From assembly GCA_050951325.1 (NCBI GenBank), contig JBMNIW010000003.1, forward strand, positions 32,001-96,000: DNA of 64,000 bases. The letters run 5' to 3'. Positions within the stretch are counted from its first letter, which is position 1. Every line of letters starts with the position of its first letter. The DNA comes from Clostridia bacterium (lineage in GTDB: Bacteria; Bacillota; Clostridia; UBA1212; DUPL01). A program made the translations under genes and the position numbers. Below, one piece after another: positions 10,176 to 20,658 of the stretch. Below the pieces are notes generated by a model, which was given only the letters and a program-made list of their open reading frames with translations, had not been told where the DNA came from and searched no databases.

Positions 10176-10203
10176 ATTATATGATATCAGTTATGGGTAT
10201 GTG
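10176..10203 (-). promoter_or_regulatory. Putative SigK-like (or SigA) promoter upstream of the 34-aa ORF
   Basis: CACA(10200-10203)-16 nt-CATATAAT(10176-10183); overlapped by palindrome ATATCAT-TAT-ATGATAT (10171-10187). Confidence 0.4.
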
Positions 10204-10217
10204 TAATGCTGCATCTC

Positions 10218-12014
10218 TTATTCTGCCATGATTCTATCAAATTCATCCCCTTCGATTTTCTCTTTTTCGAGTAGGATGTCAGCAAGCTTGTTAAGTTTAT
10301 CAATATTTTCTGTCAGTATCTGCTTTGCTTTATCATAGCAGGAATCAATAACTTTCTTGACTTCATTGTCTATTATTGCAGCAGTTTCCTCTGAATAATT
10401 TCTGGTATGGGCATAATCCTTTCCTATGAATACCTCGTTGCTGCCAGTGTCCACAATCATATTGCCGAGATTCTCACTCATACCATACTTGGCCACCATG
10501 TTGTGAGCAATTTTGTTTGCTCTTTTAAGGTCTGAAGACGCTCCGGTACTTACCTCGTTCAGTACAAGCTCTTCGGCAGCCTTGCCACTTAGAGCAATAA
10601 CTATTTCTTCAAGAAGTTGAGACTTTGTAGTATATGCCCTGTCCTCATCAGGTCTGGAGGCGGTATAACCTCCTGCCAATCCTGCAGGTATTATTGAGAT
10701 CCTGTCAACCCTCTCAGTACTTGAGATAAGTTTTACGGCAATTGCATGTCCAGCCTCATGAAGTGCAGTCAGTCTCTTGTCCTTATCGGTCATTACCCTG
10801 CTCCTCTTCTCAGGACCTACGATGACCCTGAAGGTGGCTTCCTTAATATCCTCGTTGATAATCTCGTCCCTTTTGTTTCTCGCAGCCAATAGTGCAGCCT
10901 CATTCATGAGATTTTCCAGGTCAGCAGCAGTAAATCCTGATGTATTCTTTGCCACGTCAGAAAGGTCCACATCACTGCTTAACGGCTTGTTCTTTGCATG
11001 CACCTTGAGCATGAGTTCACGGGCCTTAATATCCGGATAACCAACGGTTATTTTCCTGTCAAAACGTCCCGGACGAGTCAATGCAGGGTCCAGTATGTCC
11101 GGCCTGTTTGTAGCAGCCATGATAATTATACCTTCATTTATACCGAAACCGTCCATTTCAACAAGCAACTGGTTCAGCGTCTGCTCTCTTTCGTCATGAC
11201 CGCCGCCAAGTCCTGCACCTCTATGTCGTCCCACAGCGTCAATCTCGTCAATAAAGATTATGCATGGGGTGTTTTTCTTTGCTTGTTCGAACAAATCCCT
11301 TACCCTGGATGCTCCAACTCCGACGTACATCTCTACAAAATCAGAACCACTGATTGAGAAGAATGGAACCCCGGCTTCTCCTGCAACTGCTTTTGCGAGA
11401 TATGTCTTACCTGTACCAGGTGGTCCAACCATTAAAACACCTTTTGGAATTCTGGCTCCCAATGAGGAATATCTTTTTGGATCCCTCAAAAAAGACACCA
11501 GTTCCATAAGTTCTTCTTTCTCTTCATCAGCTCCAGCAACATCCGCAAAGGTTATGTTACTGGTCGTATATATTCTGGCTCGGCTTTTTCCAAAGTTCAT
11601 GACTCTGTTTGCGCCGGCATTTCCTTGATTCATAAAGATAAACAAAAAAACCAGGAAAAGTACAACCATGAGAATGTATGGCAACAAGGTCACCCAAAAT
11701 GGAATTTCCCGTACGGTAGTAGAATATTTAAAGTCTTCTGCTTTTCTGCTTGCTTCAATCATTAATTCTTCAAAGACTTCCTGGGAATATATTGTTACCT
11801 TATACTCTTTCGCACCTTTAACCGGCTCTTTTAACTTTACGTTTGCCGTGTTTTTTTTCAGCTTGACTTCAGCCACATTATCTGCATCCAGCTGTTGTAT
11901 GAATTCCGTGTAGCTAAGGGTATTTACCGATATAATATTTTCGAGCATTATGACAACAAAAATAATCAGTGCTCCAATTATAATATATACCGATATATTT
12001 TTAAACGCCTTCAC
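10218..12014 (-). CDS. ftsH: ATP-dependent zinc metalloprotease FtsH
   Basis: Two TM helices, [33 protein letters not shown]. Confidence 0.98.
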   Translation of the reverse strand: MKAFKNISVYIIIGALIIFVVIMLENIISVNTLSYTEFIQQLDADNVAEVKLKKNTANVKLKEPVKGAKEYKVTIYSQEVFEELMIEASRKAEDFKYSTTVREIPFWVTLLPYILMVVLFLVFLFIFMNQGNAGANRVMNFGKSRARIYTTSNITFADVAGADEEKEELMELVSFLRDPKRYSSLGARIPKGVLMVGPPGTGKTYLAKAVAGEAGVPFFSISGSDFVEMYVGVGASRVRDLFEQAKKNTPCIIFIDEIDAVGRHRGAGLGGGHDEREQTLNQLLVEMDGFGINEGIIIMAATNRPDILDPALTRPGRFDRKITVGYPDIKARELMLKVHAKNKPLSSDVDLSDVAKNTSGFTAADLENLMNEAALLAARNKRDEIINEDIKEATFRVIVGPEKRSRVMTDKDKRLTALHEAGHAIAVKLISSTERVDRISIIPAGLAGGYTASRPDEDRAYTTKSQLLEEIVIALSGKAAEELVLNEVSTGASSDLKRANKIAHNMVAKYGMSENLGNMIVDTGSNEVFIGKDYAHTRNYSEETAAIIDNEVKKVIDSCYDKAKQILTENIDKLNKLADILLEKEKIEGDEFDRIMAE

Positions 12015-12041
12015 AATCTACCTCCAATGTGTTTATTAAAA

Positions 12042-12070
12042 ATCGTACCATAATAATTGGGTTTTATCAA
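12042..12070 (-). promoter_or_regulatory. SigA-type promoter of ftsH
   Basis: TTGATA(12065-12070)-17-TGgTACGAT(-10 at 12042-12047). Confidence 0.55.
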
Positions 12071-12076
12071 CTTTTT

Positions 12077-12649
12077 CTACTTGACATACACGGACTTCTT
12101 GAGGATCCTCAAGTCAGGCAGATTCCTAAACAATCCATTGTAATCAAGTCCGTATCCCACCACATATTCATCAGGTATTACAATACCACTGTACTCAACA
12201 TCAACTTCAACTTTTCTTCTGTCAGGCTTGTCAAAAGCTGTACATACTTTGACACTTAATGGATTTCTAGTAGAAAACAAATTCTTCAGGTAAGACAAAG
12301 TCAACCCTGTATCTATTATATCCTCTACGATAAGAACATGTTTGCCAGTTACAGGTGTATCGGTGTCTTTTACCAAACGAACAACTCCTGATGATTTTGT
12401 TGAAGCACCATAACTGGATACAGCAATAAAATCCATCTCGACAGGTATGGATATATTCTTTGAAAGGTCGGACATGAACATAAATCCGCCTTTTAGAACA
12501 CATATCAAGATCAAAGGTTCCCCTTTGTAATCATTACTTATTCTTTCACCAAGCCTCTTACACATTTCAGCAATTTCTTCTTTCGTAGCCACTATTCCTT
12601 CTGTGTAATCCTCCAATGGTACATCGCATTCATATATTTCATTGCTCAT
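12077..12649 (-). CDS. hpt: Hypoxanthine phosphoribosyltransferase
   Basis: CVLKGG, VEDIIDTGLTL, VVGYGLDY; tilS-hpt-ftsH order. Confidence 0.96.
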   Translation of the reverse strand: MSNEIYECDVPLEDYTEGIVATKEEIAEMCKRLGERISNDYKGEPLILICVLKGGFMFMSDLSKNISIPVEMDFIAVSSYGASTKSSGVVRLVKDTDTPVTGKHVLIVEDIIDTGLTLSYLKNLFSTRNPLSVKVCTAFDKPDRRKVEVDVEYSGIVIPDEYVVGYGLDYNGLFRNLPDLRILKKSVYVK

Positions 12650-14034
12650 TTGTCTTCCTCCAATATTTTGTAGTGCAACCTGAATATTATAACATTTTGT
12701 GTGTTTTTATCAATAGGTGCCACATTGCTTATTCTCAAATTTGGTATCCAGAGTATGTTGTTTTCATGTGCAAGAAGCATAATTTTATTTCTTTCCGATA
12801 CAGGTATTTTTTCATCTATAAAAAACTTTTTAAGTTTCTTTGTTCCTCTGAAACCAAAAGGCCTGAATATGTCACCTTCTTGTCTTGTTCTAATCTCCAA
12901 CTGATCCATATTTACTTCCTTTAACAGTTTGTCATAATCAAAACATGCACATCCCATATCCTTCAAAAGCTCTTTGTCAAAGGAATTGCCAGAAACAACC
13001 TCATGTGTGAAATAATAGTCGGATTGCTCATTCTGAACATCCTCGTCAAAAGCAAATATTAAAGCATCATATTCTTTCCTTGCGACAACTCCCTTGGATA
13101 CGTCCACATGTTTACCAGAATAACCAGAAAGAGCGAACTCGTCCACCCGTTTAATAATCGACATCTCAATACCTTTTCCAGCTTCAAAAAAATGTCTGCC
13201 ATTCTTGTCAATAAGCTGACTTAAAGCAATCTTTAATATTCTTCCCCTTATTGCCACATGGTACTTTGAATACCTTGCTGTATCTATTTTTACATTTGAA
13301 TCTGGAATAATGCATTCAAGTGCCTTTTCATATGCAACAGAATTTAGAAATTCACTATCCTCCATGCTTAAATCAGAAAGACGGATTATGGATTCTTTTA
13401 TGCTGCCATACTCACTTTCCAAAAAAGGAATGATATTATGCCTTATCCTGTTTCTTGTGTATGTCACATCAGCATTTGTACTGTCTACTTTGAACTCGAT
13501 ATTGTTTTGACTTAAGAATTCTTCAATTTTCTTACGGCTAATATCAAGCATCGGCCTGATTATATTACCTCTCGTATAAGGGATGCCTTTCAAGCCATCA
13601 ATGGATGTACCTCTTAAAATATTGTGAATGACAGTCTCAATCCTGTCATCCCTGTTGTGGGCAACACAAATTCTATACCCTGTTTCTTTTGCAACCTTTT
13701 CAAAAAATTCATACCTTGCAATCCTTGCTGTTTCCTCTATACCCTTGTTAAGCTTTTTGGCAAGAGAAGGTACATCCCCCGACTCACAATAAAGCTTTAT
13801 GCCAAGTTTTTTGCAAACATCTTTTACAAACTCCATGTCGGAGTCCGATTCCTTTCCTCTTATGCAGTGATTGAAGTGGGCACATACCAAATCAACATCA
13901 TGTTTTCTGCAATAGTCAAAAAGAAGATACAGCATGCATATTGAGTCAGCTCCACCCGATACGCATGCTATCACACCTTTGTCTATCATGTTGTATTTGG
14001 TTATCGTTTCTTCAAACCTCTCATATATGTCCAC
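12646..14034 (-). CDS. tilS: tRNA(Ile)-lysidine synthetase
   Basis: SGGADS PP-loop, EETARIARY, AHNRDDRIET, RNRIRH. Confidence 0.96.
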   Translation of the reverse strand: MDIYERFEETITKYNMIDKGVIACVSGGADSICMLYLLFDYCRKHDVDLVCAHFNHCIRGKESDSDMEFVKDVCKKLGIKLYCESGDVPSLAKKLNKGIEETARIARYEFFEKVAKETGYRICVAHNRDDRIETVIHNILRGTSIDGLKGIPYTRGNIIRPMLDISRKKIEEFLSQNNIEFKVDSTNADVTYTRNRIRHNIIPFLESEYGSIKESIIRLSDLSMEDSEFLNSVAYEKALECIIPDSNVKIDTARYSKYHVAIRGRILKIALSQLIDKNGRHFFEAGKGIEMSIIKRVDEFALSGYSGKHVDVSKGVVARKEYDALIFAFDEDVQNEQSDYYFTHEVVSGNSFDKELLKDMGCACFDYDKLLKEVNMDQLEIRTRQEGDIFRPFGFRGTKKLKKFFIDEKIPVSERNKIMLLAHENNILWIPNLRISNVAPIDKNTQNVIIFRLHYKILEEDK

Positions 14035-14050
14035 TTAAATATCTCCAACC

Positions 14051-15397
14051 TTACTTAGAAAACGCCATGTTTTTGAAAGTAATGTGTTCAGGGTCAAACA
14101 TAAGTTTAACAGTTCCAGTTGAACCGTTTCTGTGTTTTGCCACAATAACTTCCGTTACGTTTTTGAACTCTGTATCCGGGTTGTAATAATCGTCCCTGTA
14201 TAAAAACATAACGATATCGGCATCCTGCTCTATTGCTCCTGATTCTCTCAAGTCACTGAGCATGGGTCTTTTGTCTCCTCTTTTCTCAACATCCCTACTC
14301 AACTGGGAGCCAACGATTACAGGCACATTAAGCTCTTTGGCCATGATTTTCAACGACCTGGAAATATCGGATACTTCCTGTACCCTGTTGTCTGTACGTT
14401 TGCTTCCCGACATAAGCTGTATGTAGTCTATTATAACCAATTTTATATCTTTTTCCAACTTGAGTTTTCTGCACTTTGCCCGGATGGATGAAACGTTTAC
14501 ATCCGTTGCATCGTCAAAGTAAATTGGAGCTTCCGACATTGGACCCAAAGCTTCAGCAAGTCTTGTCCAATCATCGTCCTGAATCTGGCCGCTTCTGAGC
14601 TTTTCACTGGCAACCTGCGATACACTGCTTAGCATTCTAGTCGCCAGCTGCTCATTAGACATCTCCAAGTTAAATACTGCAACAGGTACCTTTCTGTTAA
14701 TGGCTGCATATTGTGCAATATTCAACATGAATGCGGTTTTTCCCATACCTGGACGAGCAGCTATAAGGATAAGGTCCGAGTCATGAAGACCTGAAAGCAT
14801 TTTGTCCAGGTCATGATAACCTGTTGGTATTCCTGGGATGCCTTTCATTAGGGATATCTCTTCGAGCTTGTTGTATACAGTTGTAAGGACATCCCTCAGC
14901 TGAACATAGGATTTCCCGGTTCTGTTCTGGGAGATACCGAATACAAGCTGTTCTGCCATTTCAAGAGCCTGAGAGATATCTCCTTCAGGTTCATAAGCAG
15001 TTTTCGATATTTCATATGCAGCTTTAATAAGTTTTCTCTGAATTGATTTCTCAGCAACGATTGTTGCATACTGCTTTGCATTTGAAGACAAGGGAACACC
15101 GTCTGCCAAAGAAGCGATATATGGAATTCCGCCAACGGTTTCAAGAATTCCCTTCGTTGCAAGTCTTTCCGTTACCGTAACCACATCCACGGGCAGGTTC
15201 TGGTTGAACAGTTCAATTATTGTCTCAAATATGGACGCATGGTTACGGCTGTAGAAGTCGTCAGGTTTTACAATATCAACAACATCCATCAATACATCCG
15301 ATGTCAGGAGTACTGCCCCTATAACGGATCTTTCTGCATCCAGATTGTGTGGCGGAATCCTGTTGGTTCCAACTGCGCTACTGGCATCCATTCGCAC
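14051..15397 (-). CDS. dnaB: Replicative DNA helicase
   Basis: PPHNLDAE, AARPGMGKT, IDYIQLM, DLRESGAIEQDAD, AKHRNG. Confidence 0.98.
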   Translation of the reverse strand: MRMDASSAVGTNRIPPHNLDAERSVIGAVLLTSDVLMDVVDIVKPDDFYSRNHASIFETIIELFNQNLPVDVVTVTERLATKGILETVGGIPYIASLADGVPLSSNAKQYATIVAEKSIQRKLIKAAYEISKTAYEPEGDISQALEMAEQLVFGISQNRTGKSYVQLRDVLTTVYNKLEEISLMKGIPGIPTGYHDLDKMLSGLHDSDLILIAARPGMGKTAFMLNIAQYAAINRKVPVAVFNLEMSNEQLATRMLSSVSQVASEKLRSGQIQDDDWTRLAEALGPMSEAPIYFDDATDVNVSSIRAKCRKLKLEKDIKLVIIDYIQLMSGSKRTDNRVQEVSDISRSLKIMAKELNVPVIVGSQLSRDVEKRGDKRPMLSDLRESGAIEQDADIVMFLYRDDYYNPDTEFKNVTEVIVAKHRNGSTGTVKLMFDPEHITFKNMAFSK

Positions 15398-15401
15398 TCA
15401 C

Positions 15402-15848
15402 CTATTCTTCTTGTATACTTACACTAAACCTTGCAGAAACACCAAGGTGAACCTTTACTTCCAAGTCAAAGGTTCCCAACTGCTTTATAGGTTCGTTCAT
15501 AACTATTTTCTTTCTGTCTATATCCACACCTGTTGCGTCCTTTATTGCATCTGAAATATCCTTATTGGAGATGGCACCAAAAAGTTTTCCACTTTCACCA
15601 GTTTTTGCTTTTATGACAAATTGCTTACCCTCAATTTTCTTCGCAAGCTGTTTTGCTTCCTCCAGTTCTTTTGCAGCCTTTGCATCTGCCGCCCTCTTCT
15701 TGTTTTCCAAAGTTCTTAAATTGGCATCAGTTGCTTGTAATGCAAGCTTTCTTGGAATAAGATAATTGTTCGCATACCCGTCACTAACATTCACTATCTG
15801 ATCCTTTTTACCTAAAGACTTTATATCCTGTAACAATATTACCTTCAT
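15402..15848 (-). CDS. rplI: 50S ribosomal protein bL9
   Basis: MKVILLQDIKSLG..VSDGYANNYLIP. Confidence 0.98.
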   Translation of the reverse strand: MKVILLQDIKSLGKKDQIVNVSDGYANNYLIPRKLALQATDANLRTLENKKRAADAKAAKELEEAKQLAKKIEGKQFVIKAKTGESGKLFGAISNKDISDAIKDATGVDIDRKKIVMNEPIKQLGTFDLEVKVHLGVSARFSVSIQEE

Positions 15849-15866
15849 TACATAATCCTCCCCAAA

Positions 15867-17864
15867 TTAATTGATATAACTTTCAATTGCTTCTATCAAG
15901 CTCTTTTTTGCGTATTGTATTGATACGTCTTTTATTGCAGCGCCAGCAGCAGTCAAATGACCGCCTCCTCCCAGTTTCTCTAGAATAACTTGAACATTGA
16001 TTGCCCCTAAAGACCTGGCGCTTATGTAAACAACTCCACCTATTTCACACAGGACAAACGTAGCATCAATACCTGCCACATTCAGCATCTGATCCGCAGC
16101 AAGAGCTGATATGAATTTCGGATTCTTTATGTCCGAACCACATACGGCAATGGACATGTTTCCGTACACAATCTCCGCACTGGTTGCCACATCACAAACC
16201 TGTATAAAGGTTTGAATATCAGGCTGGAAGTATTGCTTTACGGATATTGTATCAACACCCTGTGCTCTTAAGAAGGAAGCCGCTTCAAAGGTTCTTGTGC
16301 CGGTTTTGAATGTAAAGTTCTTGGTATCAACAAGTATCCCGGCATAAAGCGCTTCAGCCTCTATGGGTGGTATTGTTACATTCGGTTCAAAATACATGAG
16401 TATTTCCACTAGCAGCTCGCTTGTGGATGATGCGTAAGTTTCCGCATAATCTATTACAGTATTTTTGATGAAGTCGGAACCTCTTCTATGGTGGTCTATA
16501 AGTGCTATTCTGCTTGCATAATCAAGAAGCTTTGGACACTCCGTAAGCTCCTTGTTATATGTGTCCACAACAATAACAAGAGTGTTGTCATCGATTATAT
16601 TCAAGGCGTAACTTGAGTTAATAAATACTTCCTCGTATTCCTCCATGGTGGACAGCTTTTCCATAATAGCTGCAATGGACTGGTTTACTGAGTTCAGAAC
16701 AATATTGGCTTTTACACTTCTTAAACAACATGCCCTGTAAAGCGCAAGGGATGCCCCCAGACTGTCCATGTCACAGTTATTATGACCCATTATGATTACC
16801 CTGCTGCTTTTGTCTATCTCTTCCTTCAGAAGATTGGATATGACTCTTGCCCTTACCTTTGTACGGCGTTCCATTTCAATATTGCTTCCACCATAGTAAG
16901 TGTCCTTGTTGTTCGACCTGACTATGGCCTGGTCTCCGCCTCTTCCAAGCGCAAGCTCGACAGCCATTTCTGCATTTTTGTAGTTTTCTTCTATTGTTTC
17001 TCCATCTTTCGCAATACCTATGCTAAGAGATACCGGTATCTTGTTTCCTACATTAATGTTCTTTGCCTTGTCCAATATTACAAACTTGTTCTTCTCAAAC
17101 TCTTTTAACTCATGATTTTCAGCAAGCAAAACATACCTGTCTCTTATTAATCTTCTGATTATTGCGCCTTTTCCTTTAAGCCATTCGTCAAATATTCTAT
17201 TAAGTTCAACAAATATTTCATTTACAACAGCTTCTCCACTTGAACGATATATTTCTTCATAACTGTCTATTACAATTATTCCTACTGCCAGTTTCTCATC
17301 TTCGTACTTCTGCCTTAATTTGACCATCTCGGTTATATCAATGAAATACAGCATGATATAAAAGCCGCGTTTTTCTTCCTTTTCTGCTTTTATAATATTG
17401 CCCAGCATCTGATAAGTTCTGCCTTCAAGATATACCTCGCTCACAAGGTTAGTATCGTTCTCTATAAGCTTGCTTTTTATTTTCAATAGAAATAGTTCGT
17501 TGACAGTCTTCCTTATTAGCTTCTTTTTTTCAAAAATATTGGCAAAATGCTTGTTGTGCCATATAAGTTCTCCACTTTCATTTATAAACAAAAGCGGCAA
17601 ATGGAAATCCCTTATCGAACCTTCCTTTCCTTCCTTCATGTGGAAAGATATGCCCGACACAATTTTTACTATGGCTTTTCTTTTTAATATGGCTATAACA
17701 ATATTCAATAAAATAACAGCGACAAGCAGCAGAATGTAAACCAGCACATTCGTATAAATCTTCTGCACTGCACTAATATAAATGCTGTTTGCAATAAACG
17801 CTGCCGCTATCACAAAATTAATCAACGCCATATTTACTTTTCGGATTGAAAATTTACCTTTCAT
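15867..17864 (-). CDS. gdpP: c-di-AMP phosphodiesterase GdpP (YybT)
   Basis: Two TM, PAS-like, degenerate GGDEF (LALGRGGDQ), DHH and GGGH motifs; upstream of rplI. Confidence 0.93.
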   Translation of the reverse strand: MKGKFSIRKVNMALINFVIAAAFIANSIYISAVQKIYTNVLVYILLLVAVILLNIVIAILKRKAIVKIVSGISFHMKEGKEGSIRDFHLPLLFINESGELIWHNKHFANIFEKKKLIRKTVNELFLLKIKSKLIENDTNLVSEVYLEGRTYQMLGNIIKAEKEEKRGFYIMLYFIDITEMVKLRQKYEDEKLAVGIIVIDSYEEIYRSSGEAVVNEIFVELNRIFDEWLKGKGAIIRRLIRDRYVLLAENHELKEFEKNKFVILDKAKNINVGNKIPVSLSIGIAKDGETIEENYKNAEMAVELALGRGGDQAIVRSNNKDTYYGGSNIEMERRTKVRARVISNLLKEEIDKSSRVIIMGHNNCDMDSLGASLALYRACCLRSVKANIVLNSVNQSIAAIMEKLSTMEEYEEVFINSSYALNIIDDNTLVIVVDTYNKELTECPKLLDYASRIALIDHHRRGSDFIKNTVIDYAETYASSTSELLVEILMYFEPNVTIPPIEAEALYAGILVDTKNFTFKTGTRTFEAASFLRAQGVDTISVKQYFQPDIQTFIQVCDVATSAEIVYGNMSIAVCGSDIKNPKFISALAADQMLNVAGIDATFVLCEIGGVVYISARSLGAINVQVILEKLGGGGHLTAAGAAIKDVSIQYAKKSLIEAIESYIN

Positions 17865-17865
17865 G

Positions 17866-18099
17866 TTAAACTTTTCTCAACCTTAATTTTCTTATTACCT
17901 TGTTGCTTATTTCGTCCTGATCAAGTCCCAGTTTCTTTCCGAGTGCATAAGAAAGAACTATTAGCTCAGATATGTCCTCGTTCACTTCGTCGATTATTAT
18001 TTCGTCGGCTGAAAGGTCTTTGTACAGTTTTCCTACCGCCAGTACCAAGTCGGCTTTACAATTGTCAATTTGTCTGACATTACCAAAAACATTCAACAT
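17866..18099 (-). CDS. MazG-like family small protein
   Basis: 77-aa helical protein (EDISELIVLSYALGKKLG) in the usual clostridial position between rpsR and gdpP. Confidence 0.7.
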   Translation of the reverse strand: MLNVFGNVRQIDNCKADLVLAVGKLYKDLSADEIIIDEVNEDISELIVLSYALGKKLGLDQDEISNKVIRKLRLRKV

Positions 18100-18128
18100 A
18101 CTAACCCCTCATTCCGTTTTTTATATAC

Positions 18129-18161
18129 AAAAAGAGCGCAACTATGGAAGCTGCGCTTTTT
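18129..18161 (-). terminator. Terminator after rpsR
   Basis: aaaaagagcgca...tgcgcttttt hairpin with flanking A/T tracts. Confidence 0.65.
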
Positions 18162-18168
18162 ACTTATA

Positions 18169-18441
18169 TTAATCAGAAGAAAATGGCATCAACGCAACGT
18201 GTCTTGCCCTCTTTATAGCGTTGGTAAGCTGTCTCTGATGCTTGGCGCAGTTTCCGGAAATTCTTTTTGGCAGAATCTTGCCTCTTTCGGAAACAAACTT
18301 TCTAAGCTTTGCAATATCTTTATAATCAATATGTTCAACTTTGTCAACGCAGAAAGGACATACCTTCTTTCTTCCTCTTCTTTGTCTTGTAAAGTTTCTA
18401 ACTTCCTTTTCGCCATCTTTGTTGCCTTCTTTTTTCACCAT
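18169..18441 (-). CDS. rpsR: 30S ribosomal protein bS18 (Zn-binding type)
   Basis: [29 protein letters not shown]. Confidence 0.98.
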   Translation of the reverse strand: MVKKEGNKDGEKEVRNFTRQRRGRKKVCPFCVDKVEHIDYKDIAKLRKFVSERGKILPKRISGNCAKHQRQLTNAIKRARHVALMPFSSD

Positions 18442-18477
18442 GATTTCGCCTCCTTCTTTCGAGATAGGTAATATTAC

Positions 18478-18903
18478 TTAGAATGGTATATCTCCATCAT
18501 CTTCGTCTAGAACAAAGAAGCCAGCCTGTTGAGGTTGTGATTCAGCACCGTAACCCGGCATATTGTCGTTAGTAGGTCCATCATGGCGTTTGCTGTCTGC
18601 AAACTCAACTTCATCAATAACTACATCTGTTGAATAACGCCTCTTGCCTTCCTGGTCCTCCCAGGAACTCGTCTCAATTCTACCAGCCACAGCTATTCTA
18701 GAGCCCTTGGTAAAATACTTTGATATAAATTCAGCAGTACTTCTCCACGCAACGCAGTTTATAAAATCTGCGGTTTGCTGTTGGTTTTCCGACCTGTATC
18801 TGCGGTCTACCGCCAAAGTTATACGGCAAACTGGAATATTGGACGGAGTATACCTCAGTTCCGGATCTTTTGTAAGCCTTCCGATTAAAACTACTTTATT
18901 CAT
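18478..18903 (-). CDS. ssb: Single-stranded DNA-binding protein
   Basis: MNKVVLIGRLTKDPELRYT; acidic DDGDIPF tail. Confidence 0.98.
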   Translation of the reverse strand: MNKVVLIGRLTKDPELRYTPSNIPVCRITLAVDRRYRSENQQQTADFINCVAWRSTAEFISKYFTKGSRIAVAGRIETSSWEDQEGKRRYSTDVVIDEVEFADSKRHDGPTNDNMPGYGAESQPQQAGFFVLDEDDGDIPF

Positions 18904-18911
18904 AACATCAC

Positions 18912-19199
18912 CTATCCTTTGTTTCTTCTGATGACAAGGTACCTTAAAATACCTTCAGTAATTTTGAAGTTTCTTTCAAGTTCCGCTGGAAAATCGGACT
19001 CGGAACTAAATGTCGCCAATACATAATGACCTTCGGTTACATAGTTAATTGGATAAGCGAGACGTCTCTTGCCCCATTCTACAAAGGATTCAAGAGTCGC
19101 TTGAGATTCTATCAGGTTTTTGAATTTTTCAACTATTTCATTTACTTTCTCTTCACCTGGTACTGGATTAACTATGAACATTACTTCATAATTGTTCAT
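18912..19199 (-). CDS. rpsF: 30S ribosomal protein bS6
   Basis: YEVMFIV, WGKRRLAYPI, GILRYLV; AGGAGGTG RBS before ATG 19199. Confidence 0.98.
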   Translation of the reverse strand: MNNYEVMFIVNPVPGEEKVNEIVEKFKNLIESQATLESFVEWGKRRLAYPINYVTEGHYVLATFSSESDFPAELERNFKITEGILRYLVIRRNKG

Positions 19200-19202
19200 C
19201 TG

Positions 19203-19255
19203 TTTCACCTCCTTTTGGACTAACGGCCCTGTTATAACTAACAGAGCAAGGAATT
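19203..19255 (-). ncRNA. rpsF leader (S6:S18-binding cis-regulatory RNA)
   Basis: TCCTTGCTCTGTT..AACAGGGCCG..AAAAGGAGG: helix, CCG motif and anti-SD pairing, as in Firmicute rpsF leaders. Confidence 0.75.
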
Positions 19256-19265
19256 ACAATATAGA

Positions 19266-19294
19266 ATTATATCACACAAATGTCAATTGTACAA
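19266..19294 (-). promoter_or_regulatory. SigA promoter of the rpsF operon
   Basis: TTGTAC(19289-19294)-17-TGaTATAAT(-10 at 19266-19271). Confidence 0.7.
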
Positions 19295-19448
19295 GCAATA
19301 TTTTTTCGTGTGCCTATCCCTACATAATATTATAACTCATTTCCATCACCTGTCAATTGGTGCAACCAAAGTTAACAAAATCTGTTACATATGGTTGGTT
19401 TCAATAATAAACAATTTATTGTATTATACAGACAGGAGGTTGAAAAAT

Positions 19449-19901
19449 ATGAAAAGTATGAAAAATATTATTTCAGCAAATCTTAGATACTTGAGAAACA
19501 TACAGGGATGGTCCCAGGAAGATATTGCGGAAAAAATCGGAGTAAGCCGCCAATCAGTCGCAAAATGGGAAAACGGAGAAACCCTACCAGATATACTAAA
19601 GTGTGAAGCTTTGGCTGAACTATTCGATGTAACTCTTGATGATCTGGTACGTTACAACTCGGATGAACAAGGATTGCCCATACCACCCAAAAACAAGCAT
19701 TTTTTTGGTATTGCAACCATTGGAGAAAGAGGTCAAATAGTTTTGCCTAAGAGTGCAAGAGAAACAATGGGACTAAAACCTGGAGACAAGCTTGTCGTGC
19801 TGGGCGACACCTCCCAAAATGGCAAAGGTATTGCTTTGATTGAAAGCGATCAGTTCTTGAAAATGACCGGACAGATTGTTGATAAGATTTTTAAAGAATA
19901 A
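19449..19901 (+). CDS. XRE-family HTH regulator with C-terminal AbrB/MazE-like domain
   Basis: SQEDIAEKIGVSRQSVAKWENG HTH; IGERGQIVLPKSARETMGLKPGDKL AbrB motif; AGGAGG RBS. Confidence 0.88.
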   Translation: MKSMKNIISANLRYLRNIQGWSQEDIAEKIGVSRQSVAKWENGETLPDILKCEALAELFDVTLDDLVRYNSDEQGLPIPPKNKHFFGIATIGERGQIVLPKSARETMGLKPGDKLVVLGDTSQNGKGIALIESDQFLKMTGQIVDKIFKE

Positions 19902-19911
19902 AGGTGATAAA

Positions 19912-20658
19912 ATGATAATATTGAAGGTTGATAATCTTAGTAAAAAATATCCTGGTTTTCTTCTTGATGATATTTCTTTCTCCATATCTGAGGGGAAAAT
20001 AATGGGCCTTATTGGAAAAAACGGTGCAGGAAAATCCACGACATTGAAAGGAATGCTTAACCTTGTGAATCGCGATGGCGGTATGGTCGAAATGTTTGGT
20101 ATGGATTTTTTCAAGCATGAAGAGGAAATCAAGCAGCAACTGGGTGTGGTGCTTGGAGGTATTGACTTTTACAACCATAAAAAACTTTCCGATATAACCG
20201 CTGTTACAAAAAGATTCTATAATAACTGGGATGATGATGCGTATGAGAATTATATGGAGGTCTTTTCACTAAATCCCAATAAGAAAGTAAAGGAACTATC
20301 AAGCGGCATGAAAGTAAAATACATGCTCACACTGGCCTTATCCCACAATGCAAAACTCCTTATTCTGGATGAACCCACCAGTGGACTTGATCCTGTAGCA
20401 AGGGATGACCTGCTAACACTATTCCGTCAGCTGGTAGAGAAAAAGAATATTACTGTTCTATTCTCAACTCATATAATCACAGACCTTGAAAAATGCGCAG
20501 ACTATATTACCTATATAAAAGATGGAAAACTCCTCAAAAGCGCTGAGAAGGATGAATTTATAGATTCTTTTCAATATTTGAGAGAACCAGATGAGAACAC
20601 CCGTCTTTCATTGGAGGATATTATGATAAGAACGGAAAGGAGAGAATACAATGTTTAA
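19912..20658 (+). CDS. ABC-2 type exporter ATP-binding protein
   Basis: GKNGAGKST, LSSGM, LDEPTSGLD, FSTH. Confidence 0.92.
   Translation: MIILKVDNLSKKYPGFLLDDISFSISEGKIMGLIGKNGAGKSTTLKGMLNLVNRDGGMVEMFGMDFFKHEEEIKQQLGVVLGGIDFYNHKKLSDITAVTKRFYNNWDDDAYENYMEVFSLNPNKKVKELSSGMKVKYMLTLALSHNAKLLILDEPTSGLDPVARDDLLTLFRQLVEKKNITVLFSTHIITDLEKCADYITYIKDGKLLKSAEKDEFIDSFQYLREPDENTRLSLEDIMIRTERREYNV

Noticed and set aside
19287-19448. Long N-terminal extensions in the ORF track (XRE, ABC-F, cysE, DUF6062, DUF6873, nnr, rpsE, rplF)
   Set aside because: Downstream starts have proper RBSs; the extensions run through promoter regions or neighbouring genes
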